The notes: generated from the letters alone by a model not told the origin. A stretch of 64,000 bases of DNA from Gammaproteobacteria bacterium (GCA_963923955.1 OZ000552.1:870271-934270), one strand, 5' to 3'; shown: positions 54,996-64,000, counted from the first letter of the stretch. Numbers and translations are program-made.

Positions 54996-55217
54996 TTATA
55001 CAAAATTCCGACCATTGCCGATCTTCATCAGGCCTTTCAAGGCCAGGCGGATTTCATCCACCTGTCGCTTGGGCGCGATAAACACGCCTTCCGGCATGAT
55101 TTCAGCCGCTAAAAATTCATCTAAATTGGGAATAGACTGAACCCGCGCGGCAGCGCCAAACAGCCGCTCATAGCCGCCGGAGGCGTCTCTCGGTTTTCTA
55201 TCTGCGATCCTGGCCAT
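54996..55217 (-). CDS. Small hypothetical protein (73 aa) encoded inside the nuo operon
   Basis: ATG at 55217 overlaps the 3' end of the MTase-like gene by 20 nt; ends 20 nt before nuoF; no recognisable domain. Confidence 0.35.
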   Translation of the reverse strand: MARIADRKPRDASGGYERLFGAAARVQSIPNLDEFLAAEIMPEGVFIAPKRQVDEIRLALKGLMKIGNGRNFV

Positions 55218-55974
55218 TCAAATCACAACCTATAAAGTTGCGGCGCTGCAAGCGGCAAGCCTCCAGCACAGTAAAATCACCGGCGGCCGGATCAAGCACA
55301 AGATCGCCTTCGTTAGTAACCGCCGCCAGCAGTTGCCCTTGCAAGTCAATAGGCTTGCGGTGCGGATGCGTACCCTTCGGTGCCTTCTCTCGCCAGGTAT
55401 CCGTTATATTGTGGATCTTCCAGACGCCTTTAGCCCTGCGCGGTCGCTTCTGCAACACCACGCAGTATTCGGTTATCCGGCGCGTACGGTAGCCCATGCC
55501 CATCCGGCCCTTGTCCCAGTTCACCATATCGACCACATCGAATGCCGTGCCTGCCAGCCAGGAACGAAAGCCATTGAGCAGTTCAAATTTATCCACCCAC
55601 AAAAACAAATGGCCGCTGGGCATCAGCGCCCGGTCCATGCCCTGCACAAAACGGGCGATGGTTTCATCGTTCATCTGCTTGAGTTCACATCGGGCCTTGC
55701 CCCGGCTCTTACCCTCATTGCCGTAACTCATCTTGTTCAGTATGCCGCGATATTGCGGATCTAAGAAGGCGACTGGAATGGATGCCGGCGGCAGCTGCGC
55801 CAATAACTTCAGCCCGTCCATCTTTAGCCGTTTGTTGGTTTTAATGCCACGCGGCAATTTGATGGTCGGCGGCGCAATGTCGCGTCGGGCGGAGAATACG
55901 GATGCCGCTGCTTGGTCAAAGCGCATGTCTGTTATCGGCTTTATTATGTTCTTGGCAGTTCTGGCCATGCTCAT
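55198..55974 (-). CDS. Beta-class DNA amino-methyltransferase-like protein (PF01555-like) with degenerate motifs, inserted between nuoE and nuoF
   Basis: Motif IV-like FLDPQYRG and C-terminal motif X/I-like HPHRKPIDLQGQLLAAVTNEGDLVLDPAAGDFTV (canonical HPTQKP...DPFxGSGTT); same overall layout as CcrM-type MTases; ATG 55974 lies 12 nt after the nuoE stop. Confidence 0.6.
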   Translation of the reverse strand: MSMARTAKNIIKPITDMRFDQAAASVFSARRDIAPPTIKLPRGIKTNKRLKMDGLKLLAQLPPASIPVAFLDPQYRGILNKMSYGNEGKSRGKARCELKQMNDETIARFVQGMDRALMPSGHLFLWVDKFELLNGFRSWLAGTAFDVVDMVNWDKGRMGMGYRTRRITEYCVVLQKRPRRAKGVWKIHNITDTWREKAPKGTHPHRKPIDLQGQLLAAVTNEGDLVLDPAAGDFTVLEACRLQRRNFIGCDLNGQDRR

Positions 55975-55985
55975 CAATCGTCCGT

Positions 55986-56489
55986 TTATTTCAGGCCGTC
56001 CAGGATGGCGTTGACCTTATCCTTGTTCAGGTTTTCGTGATAGACATGATCGACCATCATCATCGGCGCGGCGCAGCAGGCGGCCAGGCATTCTTCTTCG
56101 TTTTTAAGGTAGATGCGGCCATCGGCGGTGGACTCGCCGGTCTTGATGCCCAGGCGTTTCTCGATGTGCGCCACGATCTCATCGGCACCGCGCAACATGC
56201 AGGAGATGTTGGTGCAGACCGAGACGCTGTGCCGCCCGCAGGGACGAGTCTCCAGCATGGAATAAAAACTCGCCACTTCATACACGGCAATCTTCGGCAT
56301 ATCCAGATAATCAGCCACCGCATCCATCAAGGCGGTGGTGAGATAGCCGCCGTTCTCGTGCTGCGCCTCACGCAAGGCCGCCAGCACCGCGGACTGTTTT
56401 TGATCGGGCGGATATTTTTCTAACCAATGATCGATCTCGGCGCGCAGGTGCGCAGACAAGGCCGGTGTTGCAGTCTCACTCATGCGCAT
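55986..56489 (-). CDS. nuoE: NADH-quinone oxidoreductase subunit E
   Basis: 2Fe-2S thioredoxin-like cysteines (CGRHSVSVCTNISC, CLAACCAAP); start trimmed to MRMSETA with GGAG upstream. Confidence 0.9.
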   Translation of the reverse strand: MRMSETATPALSAHLRAEIDHWLEKYPPDQKQSAVLAALREAQHENGGYLTTALMDAVADYLDMPKIAVYEVASFYSMLETRPCGRHSVSVCTNISCMLRGADEIVAHIEKRLGIKTGESTADGRIYLKNEEECLAACCAAPMMMVDHVYHENLNKDKVNAILDGLK

Positions 56490-56526
56490 GGCTCCGATCT
56501 CGGCAGGCGGCGAGGGAGGAGAAACC

Positions 56527-57780
56527 TCATCGGTCGATCTCCCCGAAGACGATGTCCTGGGTGCCGATAACAGCCACCACATCGGCCAGCATGTGGCCGG
56601 TGACCATCTCGTTCATGGAGGCCAGATGGGCAAAGCCCGGGGCGCGGATCTTGACTCGATAGGGTTTATTCGCTCCATCGGAGACCAGGTAAATCCCGAA
56701 CTCGCCTTTGGGGTGTTCCACCGCGCAATAGACCTCGCCCTCCGGCACGCAGTAGCCCTCGGTGAATAGTTTGAAGTGATGGATCAGCGCCTCCATGTCG
56801 CCCTTCATATCCTCGCGTTTGGGGGGAACGAGCTTGTGGTCGTCGATCACCACCGGGCCGGGGTGGGCGCGCAGCCAGTCCACGCACTGGCGAATGATGC
56901 GATTCGACTGGCGCATCTCTTCCACACGCACCAGGTAGCGATCATAGCAATCGCCGTTCACGCCCACGGGGATGGCGAAGTCCAGTTCATCATAGACTTC
57001 ATAGGGCTGCTTCTTGCGCAAGTCCCACTCCACGCCGGAGCCGCGTAACATCGGGCCGGTAAAGCCCAGCTGCACGGCGCGCTCCGCCGTTACCACGCCG
57101 ATGCCGACCGTGCGCTGCTTCCAGATGCGGTTATCTGTGAGCAGGGTCTCATACTCATCCACGCGCTCGGGAAAGCGCGCGGTGAAGTCCTCGATAAAAT
57201 CCAGCAAGGAGCCCTGGCGGTTTTCATTCAAGCGCTTGATCTCTGTTTCATCCTTCCACTGCGAGGGGCGGTATTGCGGCATGCGCGCCGGCAGGTCGCG
57301 ATAGACGCCGCCGGGGCGGTAATAGGTGGCGTGCATGCGGGTACCGGAGACGGCTTCGTAGCAATCCATCAGGTCTTCGCGCTCGCGAAAGCAATACAGG
57401 AACATGGTCATGGCGCCGATGTCCAGCCCGTGCGCGCCCAGCCACATGAGGTGGTTCAAGATGCGGGTGATCTCGTCATACATGACGCGGATGTACTGCG
57501 CCCGCCGCGGCGGGGTGAGCTGGAGCAACCGCTCAATGGCCAGCACATAGGCGTGTTCGTTGCACATCATGGAGACATAGTCCAGCCGGTCCATGTAGCC
57601 GATGCTTTGGTTATAAGGCTTGCTCTCGGCCAGCTTCTCGGTGCCGCGGTGCAGCAGGCCGATGTGCGGATCGGCGCGCTCGATCACCTCGCCGTCCATC
57701 TCCAACACCAGCCGCAGCACCCCGTGCGCGGCCGGGTGCTGCGGGCCGAAGTTCATGGTCATGTTGCGGATCTCAGGCAT
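56527..57780 (-). CDS. nuoD: NADH-quinone oxidoreductase subunit D
   Basis: 417 aa, 49 kDa subunit; [24 protein letters not shown]. Confidence 0.93.
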   Translation of the reverse strand: MPEIRNMTMNFGPQHPAAHGVLRLVLEMDGEVIERADPHIGLLHRGTEKLAESKPYNQSIGYMDRLDYVSMMCNEHAYVLAIERLLQLTPPRRAQYIRVMYDEITRILNHLMWLGAHGLDIGAMTMFLYCFREREDLMDCYEAVSGTRMHATYYRPGGVYRDLPARMPQYRPSQWKDETEIKRLNENRQGSLLDFIEDFTARFPERVDEYETLLTDNRIWKQRTVGIGVVTAERAVQLGFTGPMLRGSGVEWDLRKKQPYEVYDELDFAIPVGVNGDCYDRYLVRVEEMRQSNRIIRQCVDWLRAHPGPVVIDDHKLVPPKREDMKGDMEALIHHFKLFTEGYCVPEGEVYCAVEHPKGEFGIYLVSDGANKPYRVKIRAPGFAHLASMNEMVTGHMLADVVAVIGTQDIVFGEIDR

Positions 57781-58465
57781 CGGTTTGCGCCTCCTCGGCG
57801 GGCTTCATGTAGCGATTGTCATGGCGGATGACCTTCGGCACCAGTACGCGGTTCTTGATCGTAACCGGCTGATACACCACCCGCTGCTTGTCCGGGTCGT
57901 AGCGCACTTCCACATTGCCCTCCAGCGGAAAATCCTTGCGAAAGGGATGGCCGATGAAGCCGTAGTCGGTGAGGATGCGGCGCAGGTCCGGATGGCCTTC
58001 AAACATGATGCCGAAGAGATCAAAGGCTTCGCGTTCATACCAGTCGGCCGCCGCCCAGAGCGCGCGCACCGAGGCCAGCCGCGGCGGTTCGTTGTCGATA
58101 AAACAGCGCAGGCGCAGGCGCTGGTTGTGGGTAAATGACAGCAGGTGATAGACCACGGCGAAGCGGGAATGGGTGGACTTGTGTTCGTCATAAATCCCCT
58201 GGCTCACCGCGCGGCTAAAGCCGGTGCTGGTAGTGTTCTGCGTCTCCCAATCGGCCTGGCCATAGGCCGCATAATCCACGGCGCACAAGTCCGATAATTG
58301 CGCAAAGGCGAGGTCGGGATGATCGCGCAAGGTCTGGCAGACCGGCAACAACTGCGCCGGCAGCACCTCCAAGGTCAACTGGCCGGCGGCGCGGCGGATG
58401 GCCAGCAGCGCATCGGAAAAATGCGTCCGCAGCTGCGCATCAAGCCTTGCCAGTGATTCGGACAT
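57773..58465 (-). CDS. nuoC: NADH-quinone oxidoreductase subunit C (not fused to NuoD)
   Basis: 230 aa, 30 kDa subunit pattern. Confidence 0.9.
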   Translation of the reverse strand: MSESLARLDAQLRTHFSDALLAIRRAAGQLTLEVLPAQLLPVCQTLRDHPDLAFAQLSDLCAVDYAAYGQADWETQNTTSTGFSRAVSQGIYDEHKSTHSRFAVVYHLLSFTHNQRLRLRCFIDNEPPRLASVRALWAAADWYEREAFDLFGIMFEGHPDLRRILTDYGFIGHPFRKDFPLEGNVEVRYDPDKQRVVYQPVTIKNRVLVPKVIRHDNRYMKPAEEAQTDA

Positions 58466-58474
58466 GGGCGAGCC

Positions 58475-58966
58475 TTACCCGGTCCGGCGCAGGGTGTTTT
58501 TGCCGCTGCGCTTGATCTTCTTTTGCAGCTGCATGACGCCGAACAGCAGGGCTTCCGCGGTCGGCGGACAGCCGGGGACGTAGATATCCACCGGCACGAT
58601 GCGGTCGCAGCCGCGCACGACGGAATAGGAATAATGATAATAGCCGCCGCCGTTGGCGCAGGAGCCCATGGAGATCACCCAGCGCGGCTCGGCCATCTGG
58701 TCATAGACCTTGCGCAGCGCCGGGGCCATCTTGTTGACCAAGGTGCCGGCCACGATCATCACATCGGACTGGCGTGGGCTGGGGCGGAAGATCACGCCGA
58801 AGCGATCCAGATCATAACGCGCCGCGCCGGCCTGCATCATCTCCACCGCACAACAGGCCAGGCCGAAGGTCATCGGCCACATGGAGCCGGTGCGCGCCCA
58901 GTTGACGAGGTTGTCCACCGTGGTGGTAACGATGCCTTGTTCGTGTATCTGCTCTACTGCGCCCAT
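58475..58966 (-). CDS. nuoB: NADH-quinone oxidoreductase subunit B
   Basis: [28 protein letters not shown] motifs for the N2 cluster. Confidence 0.93.
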   Translation of the reverse strand: MGAVEQIHEQGIVTTTVDNLVNWARTGSMWPMTFGLACCAVEMMQAGAARYDLDRFGVIFRPSPRQSDVMIVAGTLVNKMAPALRKVYDQMAEPRWVISMGSCANGGGYYHYSYSVVRGCDRIVPVDIYVPGCPPTAEALLFGVMQLQKKIKRSGKNTLRRTG

Positions 58967-59011
58967 CGCTTTACTCCTTAATATCAGGATTTGTTTTACT
59001 GCGCCGCCGGA

Positions 59012-59368
59012 CTATTCCCACTCCAGCGCGCCCTTGCGCCATTCGTAGATAAAGCCCACCACCAACACGGCCAGAAAGATCATCATCGCCCAGAACCCGG
59101 CCATGCCGATGTCCCGCAGGGCGACCGCCCAGGGGAAGAAGAAAGCGATCTCCAAGTCAAAGATGATAAACAGGATCGCCACCAGATAATAGCGCACATC
59201 AAACTTCATGCGGGCGTCTTCAAAGGCTTCAAAGCCGCACTCATAGGGCGATTGCTTCTCCGCATCCGGCCGGTTCGGCCCCAGAAAATAGCCGACGACA
59301 AAAAACACCCCGCCCAGCGCCAGGCCAACGATGAGGAAGATCAGGATGGGTAGGTAGTTTTCTAACAT
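59012..59368 (-). CDS. nuoA: NADH-quinone oxidoreductase subunit A
   Basis: 118 aa, three TM, ND3-like (YECGFE). Confidence 0.9.
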   Translation of the reverse strand: MLENYLPILIFLIVGLALGGVFFVVGYFLGPNRPDAEKQSPYECGFEAFEDARMKFDVRYYLVAILFIIFDLEIAFFFPWAVALRDIGMAGFWAMMIFLAVLVVGFIYEWRKGALEWE

Positions 59369-59445
59369 CTCGCCTTAACTTTAACTTATATCGCCTGTTT
59401 CAATGGCCGGCCTGTGCGCCGGGTTTCGCCGCATCAATGAGAAAA

Positions 59446-59692
59446 ACGCCAACTTTACGCCCTCTTTTCATCTAACCCGTCATTCCTGTGCAAGAACGCC
59501 ATCCCTGCCTGCGAGGAGGGCAGGAGTCCACCCGGTTGCCTCCCTCCTCGTCATTGCTGCAAAAGCTCGTCCCCGTGGAAACGGGGGCAGGAATCCAGGC
59601 AGAGAGAGCCATTGTAAGCCCTCTTTTCACCTAACCCGTCATTCCTGCGGAAGCAGGAATCTAGGCCAGATAAGGGACCTTAAGCCCTCTGT
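59446..59692. repeat. Array of three or more degenerate copies of a short palindromic intergenic repeat (dRS3-like) upstream of nuoA
   Basis: Units share GCCCTCTTTTCAYCTAACCCGTCATTCCTGYG ... GCAGGAATCYAGGCAGA; internal hairpins ATTCCTGC-ggaa-GCAGGAAT, CCCTGCC/GGCAGG and CCCGT-ggaa-ACGGG. Confidence 0.7.
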
Positions 59693-59978
59693 CCACCGGT
59701 ACTAAGGTAGATTATATCGCCTGTAGCCAAGCCTGCCACTATTAAAGTTCACACTCGCAGCCGTATTCGTGAAAAAAACCGGCTATTTAGGCTTGGGCGC
59801 AGGCGCAACCCTTCTTGTTATTGCATACACGGGCCGCGTACAAACCGGATGAACAGGCTATGCGCGATGAGGACGCCGACCAGCCGCCTGCTGTCGGTAT
59901 TGAGGGTGACGGCGTTCATGGCGATGAAACCGGGCTCAACGAACGGCCAAACCAATAGGACTGGGACGGGACAGGTGC

Positions 59979-60239
59979 CTAAAGCAGCTTGATCAGCGCA
60001 GCAAGGATCGCAGTCTGGCCCAGCAGCGCTGCGAACATCCATTTCAGAATCTCCGCCTTGGTCTCGGCGATAATCCGCATGATCTCGGCCTTGGCCTCAG
60101 CAAGATCGCGCTTGGTCACCAGGTGTCCTTCGAGCAGGCGCGACTGTTCATCGGCCAGCACTTCGGCTTGACGCTCCGGCATACCGGCTGCGGTCAACCG
60201 CTTCACGAAACCATGCGTATCAAAGGTGGTAGCGTTCAT
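59979..60239 (-). CDS. DUF1640-family coiled-coil protein
   Basis: MNATTFDTHGFVKRLTAAGMPERQAEVLADEQ ... C-terminal TM; start trimmed to ATG 60239 (the track extension runs into the repeat). Confidence 0.55.
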   Translation of the reverse strand: MNATTFDTHGFVKRLTAAGMPERQAEVLADEQSRLLEGHLVTKRDLAEAKAEIMRIIAETKAEILKWMFAALLGQTAILAALIKLL

Positions 60240-60284
60240 AAGTCTGAAATTACGCTTCTTTGGCGGCGAAGTCAACGGGGGGCG

Positions 60285-60312
60285 ATGGGGCAGGAATCCA
60301 AGCAGAAAGTAC
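60285..60312. repeat. Partial copy (3' module) of the dRS3-like repeat
   Basis: GGGGCAGGAATCCAAGCAGAAAG. Confidence 0.6.
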
Positions 60313-60388
60313 ATTCCGCCGCGTGACAAGTGCAGGGCGGTTTGATATGTTCTTTGGATGTTGGCCACTCCGGGAGGTGTAAATTTAG

Positions 60389-60970
60389 ATGCGCACTATA
60401 TTGCTTGCTGTCTTTGTCCTGACAACGATGGGCTGGGGGGCTTCGTCTGCGGCCACGAAAGAATTAAGTAGCGCCGTCTGGAATGCGATCTCGATGGATG
60501 AAAACACCCCTGACTTCGATATGCGCCGTCGCTTCGCGCAAGCGATAGAAGCATATTGGAAAGACTTCGATGCGCGTATTCCGCGGCTTTCTCCACAAGA
60601 ACGGGAGTGGTTAGAGGAGGAAATACGTTCATCAGAAAAGCGCCTCCTCCGGGCTACAGAGAGCCCCGAGTTCGCTATCTGGAAATTAAACCAGCGCATG
60701 GAAACTTGCCTTGGCACGATCCGCAAGGTCCTCAATGCAATGGCCAACGAGGCGGCAAGACAATTTGAAATGTACTACTGGCCGAAGATGGTGAATTGCT
60801 ATGATCGCCCTCGCGATGTAGAGATTTATCTTGATCGGGCAGGCATTCCGCATGATGACCAGATGGAGTATGGTCTTGTAGAGCGCTTCTTATTGGTTCG
60901 ACAATCAATTCTGAACGGGGTCGCTACAGCGGCAATGTTTGAGACCATGGGTTGGTCATTAGCCAAGTAA
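60389..60970 (+). CDS. Secreted hypothetical protein (signal peptide)
   Basis: 193 aa, N-terminal signal MRTILLAVFVLTTMGWGASSAA, no recognised domain. Confidence 0.5.
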   Translation: MRTILLAVFVLTTMGWGASSAATKELSSAVWNAISMDENTPDFDMRRRFAQAIEAYWKDFDARIPRLSPQEREWLEEEIRSSEKRLLRATESPEFAIWKLNQRMETCLGTIRKVLNAMANEAARQFEMYYWPKMVNCYDRPRDVEIYLDRAGIPHDDQMEYGLVERFLLVRQSILNGVATAAMFETMGWSLAK

Positions 60971-60980
60971 GGATGACAAG

Positions 60981-62171
60981 ATGCGGAAAAAACTGATCAA
61001 CGCAGCGGCGTTTGCCGCGCTACTGGCGGCCGCGGCGGGGGCGAGCGAGCCGCAGGTGCTCGCAGAATGGAACAGCCTGCCATATATTGTCAAGGATGCG
61101 GACACTAGGGCGGCATGGGAAGGCAGCGAGATCTTCGGCAAGGCCCTGCTGCAGGGAGTCAAGGTCGATAGCGCCGGCAATATCTATGTCTCAACCGCCC
61201 GCTGGGGCGGGGCTGCGATCCCTGCAACGCTGTCTAAACTGGTGCAGCATGGCGACACCTGGGCCTTGCAAGCCTGGCCCAATGAGGCGATGAACGACAT
61301 CGCGAATGCTACGGGGCTCAAGGCCGTGCTGGGTTTTGAGATCGACCGCAGCGATGTGATGTGGATCCTGGATCAGGGACATGTGGCGGGCGCGCCCTTT
61401 GCCGCCGGCGATGCCAAGCTGGTGCTCTGGGACATCAAGGCGAGCAAGGAAATCCAGCGCTATGTCTTCAGCGCGGCCGAGGCTGACCCCGAGTGTTCCT
61501 TTCTCAATGACCTTGCCGTTGATAATGACAGCGGCTTTGCCTACATCACCGACAGCGGCATCTTTTGCGACCCGCTGCATGGCGGGCTGATCGTCTATGA
61601 CCGCAACACCAAATCGGCACGGCGCATTCTTAATCAGCATCGCTTCACCAATGACGAGCCGAACTTCTTCTTCAACATCGACAACCGACCGGTGCTGAAA
61701 GATGGCGGCATGCGCACCGGTGCCGATGGTATTGCGTTGTCGGGTGACAAGGAAACGCTCTATTGGACAAACCTGACCGGCAACCATCTCTACAGCCTGC
61801 CGACCGAGCTCCTGCGCGACTTTAACAGCAGTGAAATCGTGCTCGAGAACGCGGTGGAGATCGCTGCGGTGCTGCCGTCGAACACGGACGGGATGACCGC
61901 AGATAACGCCGGCAACATCTACATGACCGCGCTGTCGCTGGATGGGATCATGAAATTTGATGAGGGCACCCGCCGCGTCAGCCGCTTTGTCCATCACCCG
62001 GACATGAACTGGCCGGATACGCTGGCCTGGGGGCCGGATGGCGCGATGTATGCTGTTTCCAATCACTTAAACGTCTGGGTTGACGGCGACATGGATTTCG
62101 ACAATCCCGAGATCCCGAATTTCCGCATCTGGAAGATACCGGGCGTTGGTCAGAGCTATACCCGCGAATAG
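60981..62171 (+). CDS. Secreted MRJP/yellow-family protein (six-bladed beta-propeller)
   Basis: Signal peptide; yellow/MRJP-like blocks: SFLNDLAVDNDSGFAYITDSG, GLIVYDRNT, TLYWTNLTGNHLYSLPTELL, GNIYMTALSLDGIMKFDEG; 396 aa. Confidence 0.65.
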   Translation: MRKKLINAAAFAALLAAAAGASEPQVLAEWNSLPYIVKDADTRAAWEGSEIFGKALLQGVKVDSAGNIYVSTARWGGAAIPATLSKLVQHGDTWALQAWPNEAMNDIANATGLKAVLGFEIDRSDVMWILDQGHVAGAPFAAGDAKLVLWDIKASKEIQRYVFSAAEADPECSFLNDLAVDNDSGFAYITDSGIFCDPLHGGLIVYDRNTKSARRILNQHRFTNDEPNFFFNIDNRPVLKDGGMRTGADGIALSGDKETLYWTNLTGNHLYSLPTELLRDFNSSEIVLENAVEIAAVLPSNTDGMTADNAGNIYMTALSLDGIMKFDEGTRRVSRFVHHPDMNWPDTLAWGPDGAMYAVSNHLNVWVDGDMDFDNPEIPNFRIWKIPGVGQSYTRE

Positions 62172-62217
62172 GCTTTCCGAGACTGGCACGGCAATCGGGC
62201 GTTGATGTCGCTTGCTC

Positions 62218-62400
62218 AGCGCAAACATCCCTAGCGAGGGCAGGAATCTAGGTAGAATGCACATTTTAAGCCATCTCTCCGCCTAACCCGTCATTCCTGC
62301 GTAAGAACGTCACCCCTGCCTACGAGCAGGTGCAGGAATCCAAGCAAAGGGCACCAGTTTTAAGCCTTCTTTTCAAGTGCAAAATGCCTGTGTTCTTGAA
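62218..62400. repeat. Two further copies (one full, one partial) of the dRS3-like palindromic repeat
   Basis: TTTTAAGCCATCTCTCCGCCTAACCCGTCATTCCTGCGTAAGAACGTCACCCCTGCCTACGAGCAGGTGCAGGAATCCAAGCAAAGGGC, then TTTTAAGCCTTCTTTTCA... Confidence 0.7.
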
Positions 62401-62441
62401 CACCGGGAACACCAGCTCTGTCGCAGGATTGTCAAACAGGG

Positions 62442-63227
62442 TCATTTGTACCTGGAAACTGCGAAATTCACGAAGGCGCTGCACACGACGATCATGAAAT
62501 GTGCGTCAGATTCATCGACTGCAATATTGTCATCCAAAGACGCATGACGAATGCCGCCCTCATCCGAAGCGTATCCGTAAAGCTTGTTGAGACCGTCTCT
62601 AAAAGCAGCATGCATCTGCTTTTGTTGATCCAGGATTCCAAGGGCTTCCCCTAATGTCGCCTTGTCTTTTCCCGAGATTACCTTTGCAATGCTCTCGACC
62701 GCAGAAATTGCTTCCTTGATCGCATTCGAATAATCCGCATTGGGCTTTTGTGAGAACGCTTCCAATGCCCGTCGAATGTGTTCTCTAGCCCCGGAAAATT
62801 TATCATCCAAGTTTGCAGCGGCCGATACAGCCCCAATTTCTGTTGCATCGGAGATCGGCACCAGTCTTCTATTGATAAACCGGTACGCTGATTTTTCCTC
62901 TTCAAGTATCCAGTTGAACGGTTTGGCCATCGATGGATCGATTTTTTTAACAATAAATTCCACGAAGTTATAAATCTCGTGCCATTCCAATTCAAAATAT
63001 CTTTCCCTCAAGTTTGAGTTTTTTTGATATATTTTTATGCCTGTTTCATCATCAGGAATTTTGAAAAACTCATCAAAAGTACGATGGTATCTGACGCTAA
63101 TGAATTTGCCGGAAAATACCACAGCATTTATTTTATTCCACAATCGATTTCTAAGTGCATCATCAATGCTGCCAGACTGATAAAGCCTTTGGGGAACTGT
63201 TACTCCAATCCGATCAGAAAATCTCAT
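62442..63227 (-). CDS. Possible Abi/defence-associated protein embedded downstream of hsdS (weak AbiJ N-terminal-family resemblance, tentative)
   Basis: 261 aa from MRFSDRIG (GGAGAG RBS 7 nt upstream of ATG 63227); AT-rich; 65 bp after the hsdS stop; no nucleotide-binding or MTase motif; C-terminal GGIRHASLDD segment. Confidence 0.4.
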   Translation of the reverse strand: MRFSDRIGVTVPQRLYQSGSIDDALRNRLWNKINAVVFSGKFISVRYHRTFDEFFKIPDDETGIKIYQKNSNLRERYFELEWHEIYNFVEFIVKKIDPSMAKPFNWILEEEKSAYRFINRRLVPISDATEIGAVSAAANLDDKFSGAREHIRRALEAFSQKPNADYSNAIKEAISAVESIAKVISGKDKATLGEALGILDQQKQMHAAFRDGLNKLYGYASDEGGIRHASLDDNIAVDESDAHFMIVVCSAFVNFAVSRYK

Positions 63228-63292
63228 TGCTCTCTCCATTTTAGAATTTCACGGGGCATTGTTGCCGGTGTGTCTTGCATCGCGATATTATT

Positions 63293-64000
63293 TTACAGCG
63301 CCTTATCAAGGGCTTTATTTGTCTCATGTGCAAAGGCTTCGCGCAAGACGGCTTGCATCAGGGCATCGGCGTGGGTTTGGTTTTGGGTGATTTGAGTTTG
63401 CAGTTTATCGCAGAGGGCGAGAAGTTTTTCGGCTTTGGCAACAATGGTTTGTTGTTCTTGGAGAGGAGCAAGCGGGATCAACTGTGAATATACTTCATCT
63501 CGGTTCAAGCCGGGTTTTATTCCTTTGCCTAATTGACTGAGATTCAACGATTTCAATAAATAGGTTAGATAAGCAAACCCAAAAAGGTGCGACTCCTCAA
63601 TGTAATAGGCTACATCAGTAGTCCAAGAACCCCCTTCTGCAATTTGTAATGCGCCGGCAGAGCCTTTGCGTCCAACGATGATTGAACGTTTATCGGTTAA
63701 TCTAGAGGAGTGAAAACCAACTACTCCGTTTGAACCATAAACAGGATATTCCCCCACTGGTTTTGTTTGGCTCTTCGGAAGAGCCTTCCCATAGTGCATC
63801 AAGATAATTTCACCCAGTCGGCACCAGGCCCAGCCCTTGGGTAGTGCGAAGGGTTTTTCTTTTTCGTTTATTGGTGGCAGGGGTTTTTGTTGTTTGATTT
63901 TTTTGGCTTTGGTCAGTTTGGCTTTTTCGGCCTTGATGCGCGCTAAGAGTGCGGCGGCGGGTTCTGCACTCGGGTTGGCGCTGCGCCAGGCAATGGTCAG
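63293..64000 (-). CDS. hsdS: Type I restriction-modification specificity subunit HsdS (3' part; the 5' end lies beyond the window)
   Basis: TRD start LPKGWAWCRLGEIILMHYGKALP ... NGVVGFHS ... conserved repeat PLAPLQEQQTIVAKAEKLLALCDKL. The frame stays open to position 64000 and reads ...ARIKAEKAKLTKAKK..., the central conserved region. Confidence 0.8.
   Translation of the reverse strand: MTIAWRSANPSAEPAAALLARIKAEKAKLTKAKKIKQQKPLPPINEKEKPFALPKGWAWCRLGEIILMHYGKALPKSQTKPVGEYPVYGSNGVVGFHSSRLTDKRSIIVGRKGSAGALQIAEGGSWTTDVAYYIEESHLFGFAYLTYLLKSLNLSQLGKGIKPGLNRDEVYSQLIPLAPLQEQQTIVAKAEKLLALCDKLQTQITQNQTHADALMQAVLREAFAHETNKALDKAL

Overview
The window looks like a GC-rich (about 60%) proteobacterial chromosome segment. 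Its backbone follows the E. coli order grpE-nadK-recN-bamE-ratB-ratA-smpB-ssrA, which makes several insertions stand out.

Backbone genes recognised from the translations:
- a heat-shock operon, hrcA-grpE-dnaK-dnaJ-dapB, on the minus strand
- nadK, recN, fur, bamE, ratA/ratB, smpB and a complete tmRNA (ssrA, tag peptide ANDDNYALAA)
- an icd-aceK pair, apbE, yajQ, ahcY, metK and metZ
- cydAB with a candidate small cydX-like ORF, followed by SCO1, PCu(A)C and psd
- a complete complex I operon, nuoA-N, with nuoC and nuoD unfused

Accessory and unusual content:
- an AT-rich type II R-M-like cassette inserted exactly between nadK and recN; the methyltransferase has its AdoMet-binding motif at the N-terminus, and a tiny PD-(D/E)xK nuclease gene is translationally coupled to it
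- a second, solitary paralogue of that nuclease in a separate AT-rich islet at 28.0-28.5 kb, next to a nested inverted-repeat element
- a roughly 1 kb insertion inside the nuo operon between nuoE and nuoF, carrying a beta-class DNA methyltransferase-like gene with degenerate motifs plus a 73 aa ORF
- a partial type I hsdS at the window end, with a possible Abi/defence-type gene (weak AbiJ-family resemblance) immediately downstream
- a family of short palindromic repeats resembling the Neisseria dRS3 element, upstream of nuoA and flanking a two-gene cassette that encodes secreted proteins (one MRJP/yellow-like)
- a 14-C homopolymer at the window start
- a cytochrome b561 gene, sitting next to cytochrome c', that carries a frameshift
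- a 577 aa protein with two cNMP-binding domains, a rhodanese domain and a long coiled coil, adjacent to ssrA
- an ankyrin-repeat protein

The ORF track uses TTG and GTG as start codons, so several of its N-terminal extensions (nuoL, nuoG, nuoE, smpB, dapB, the ABC ATPase) are artefacts. I trimmed those starts by hand.
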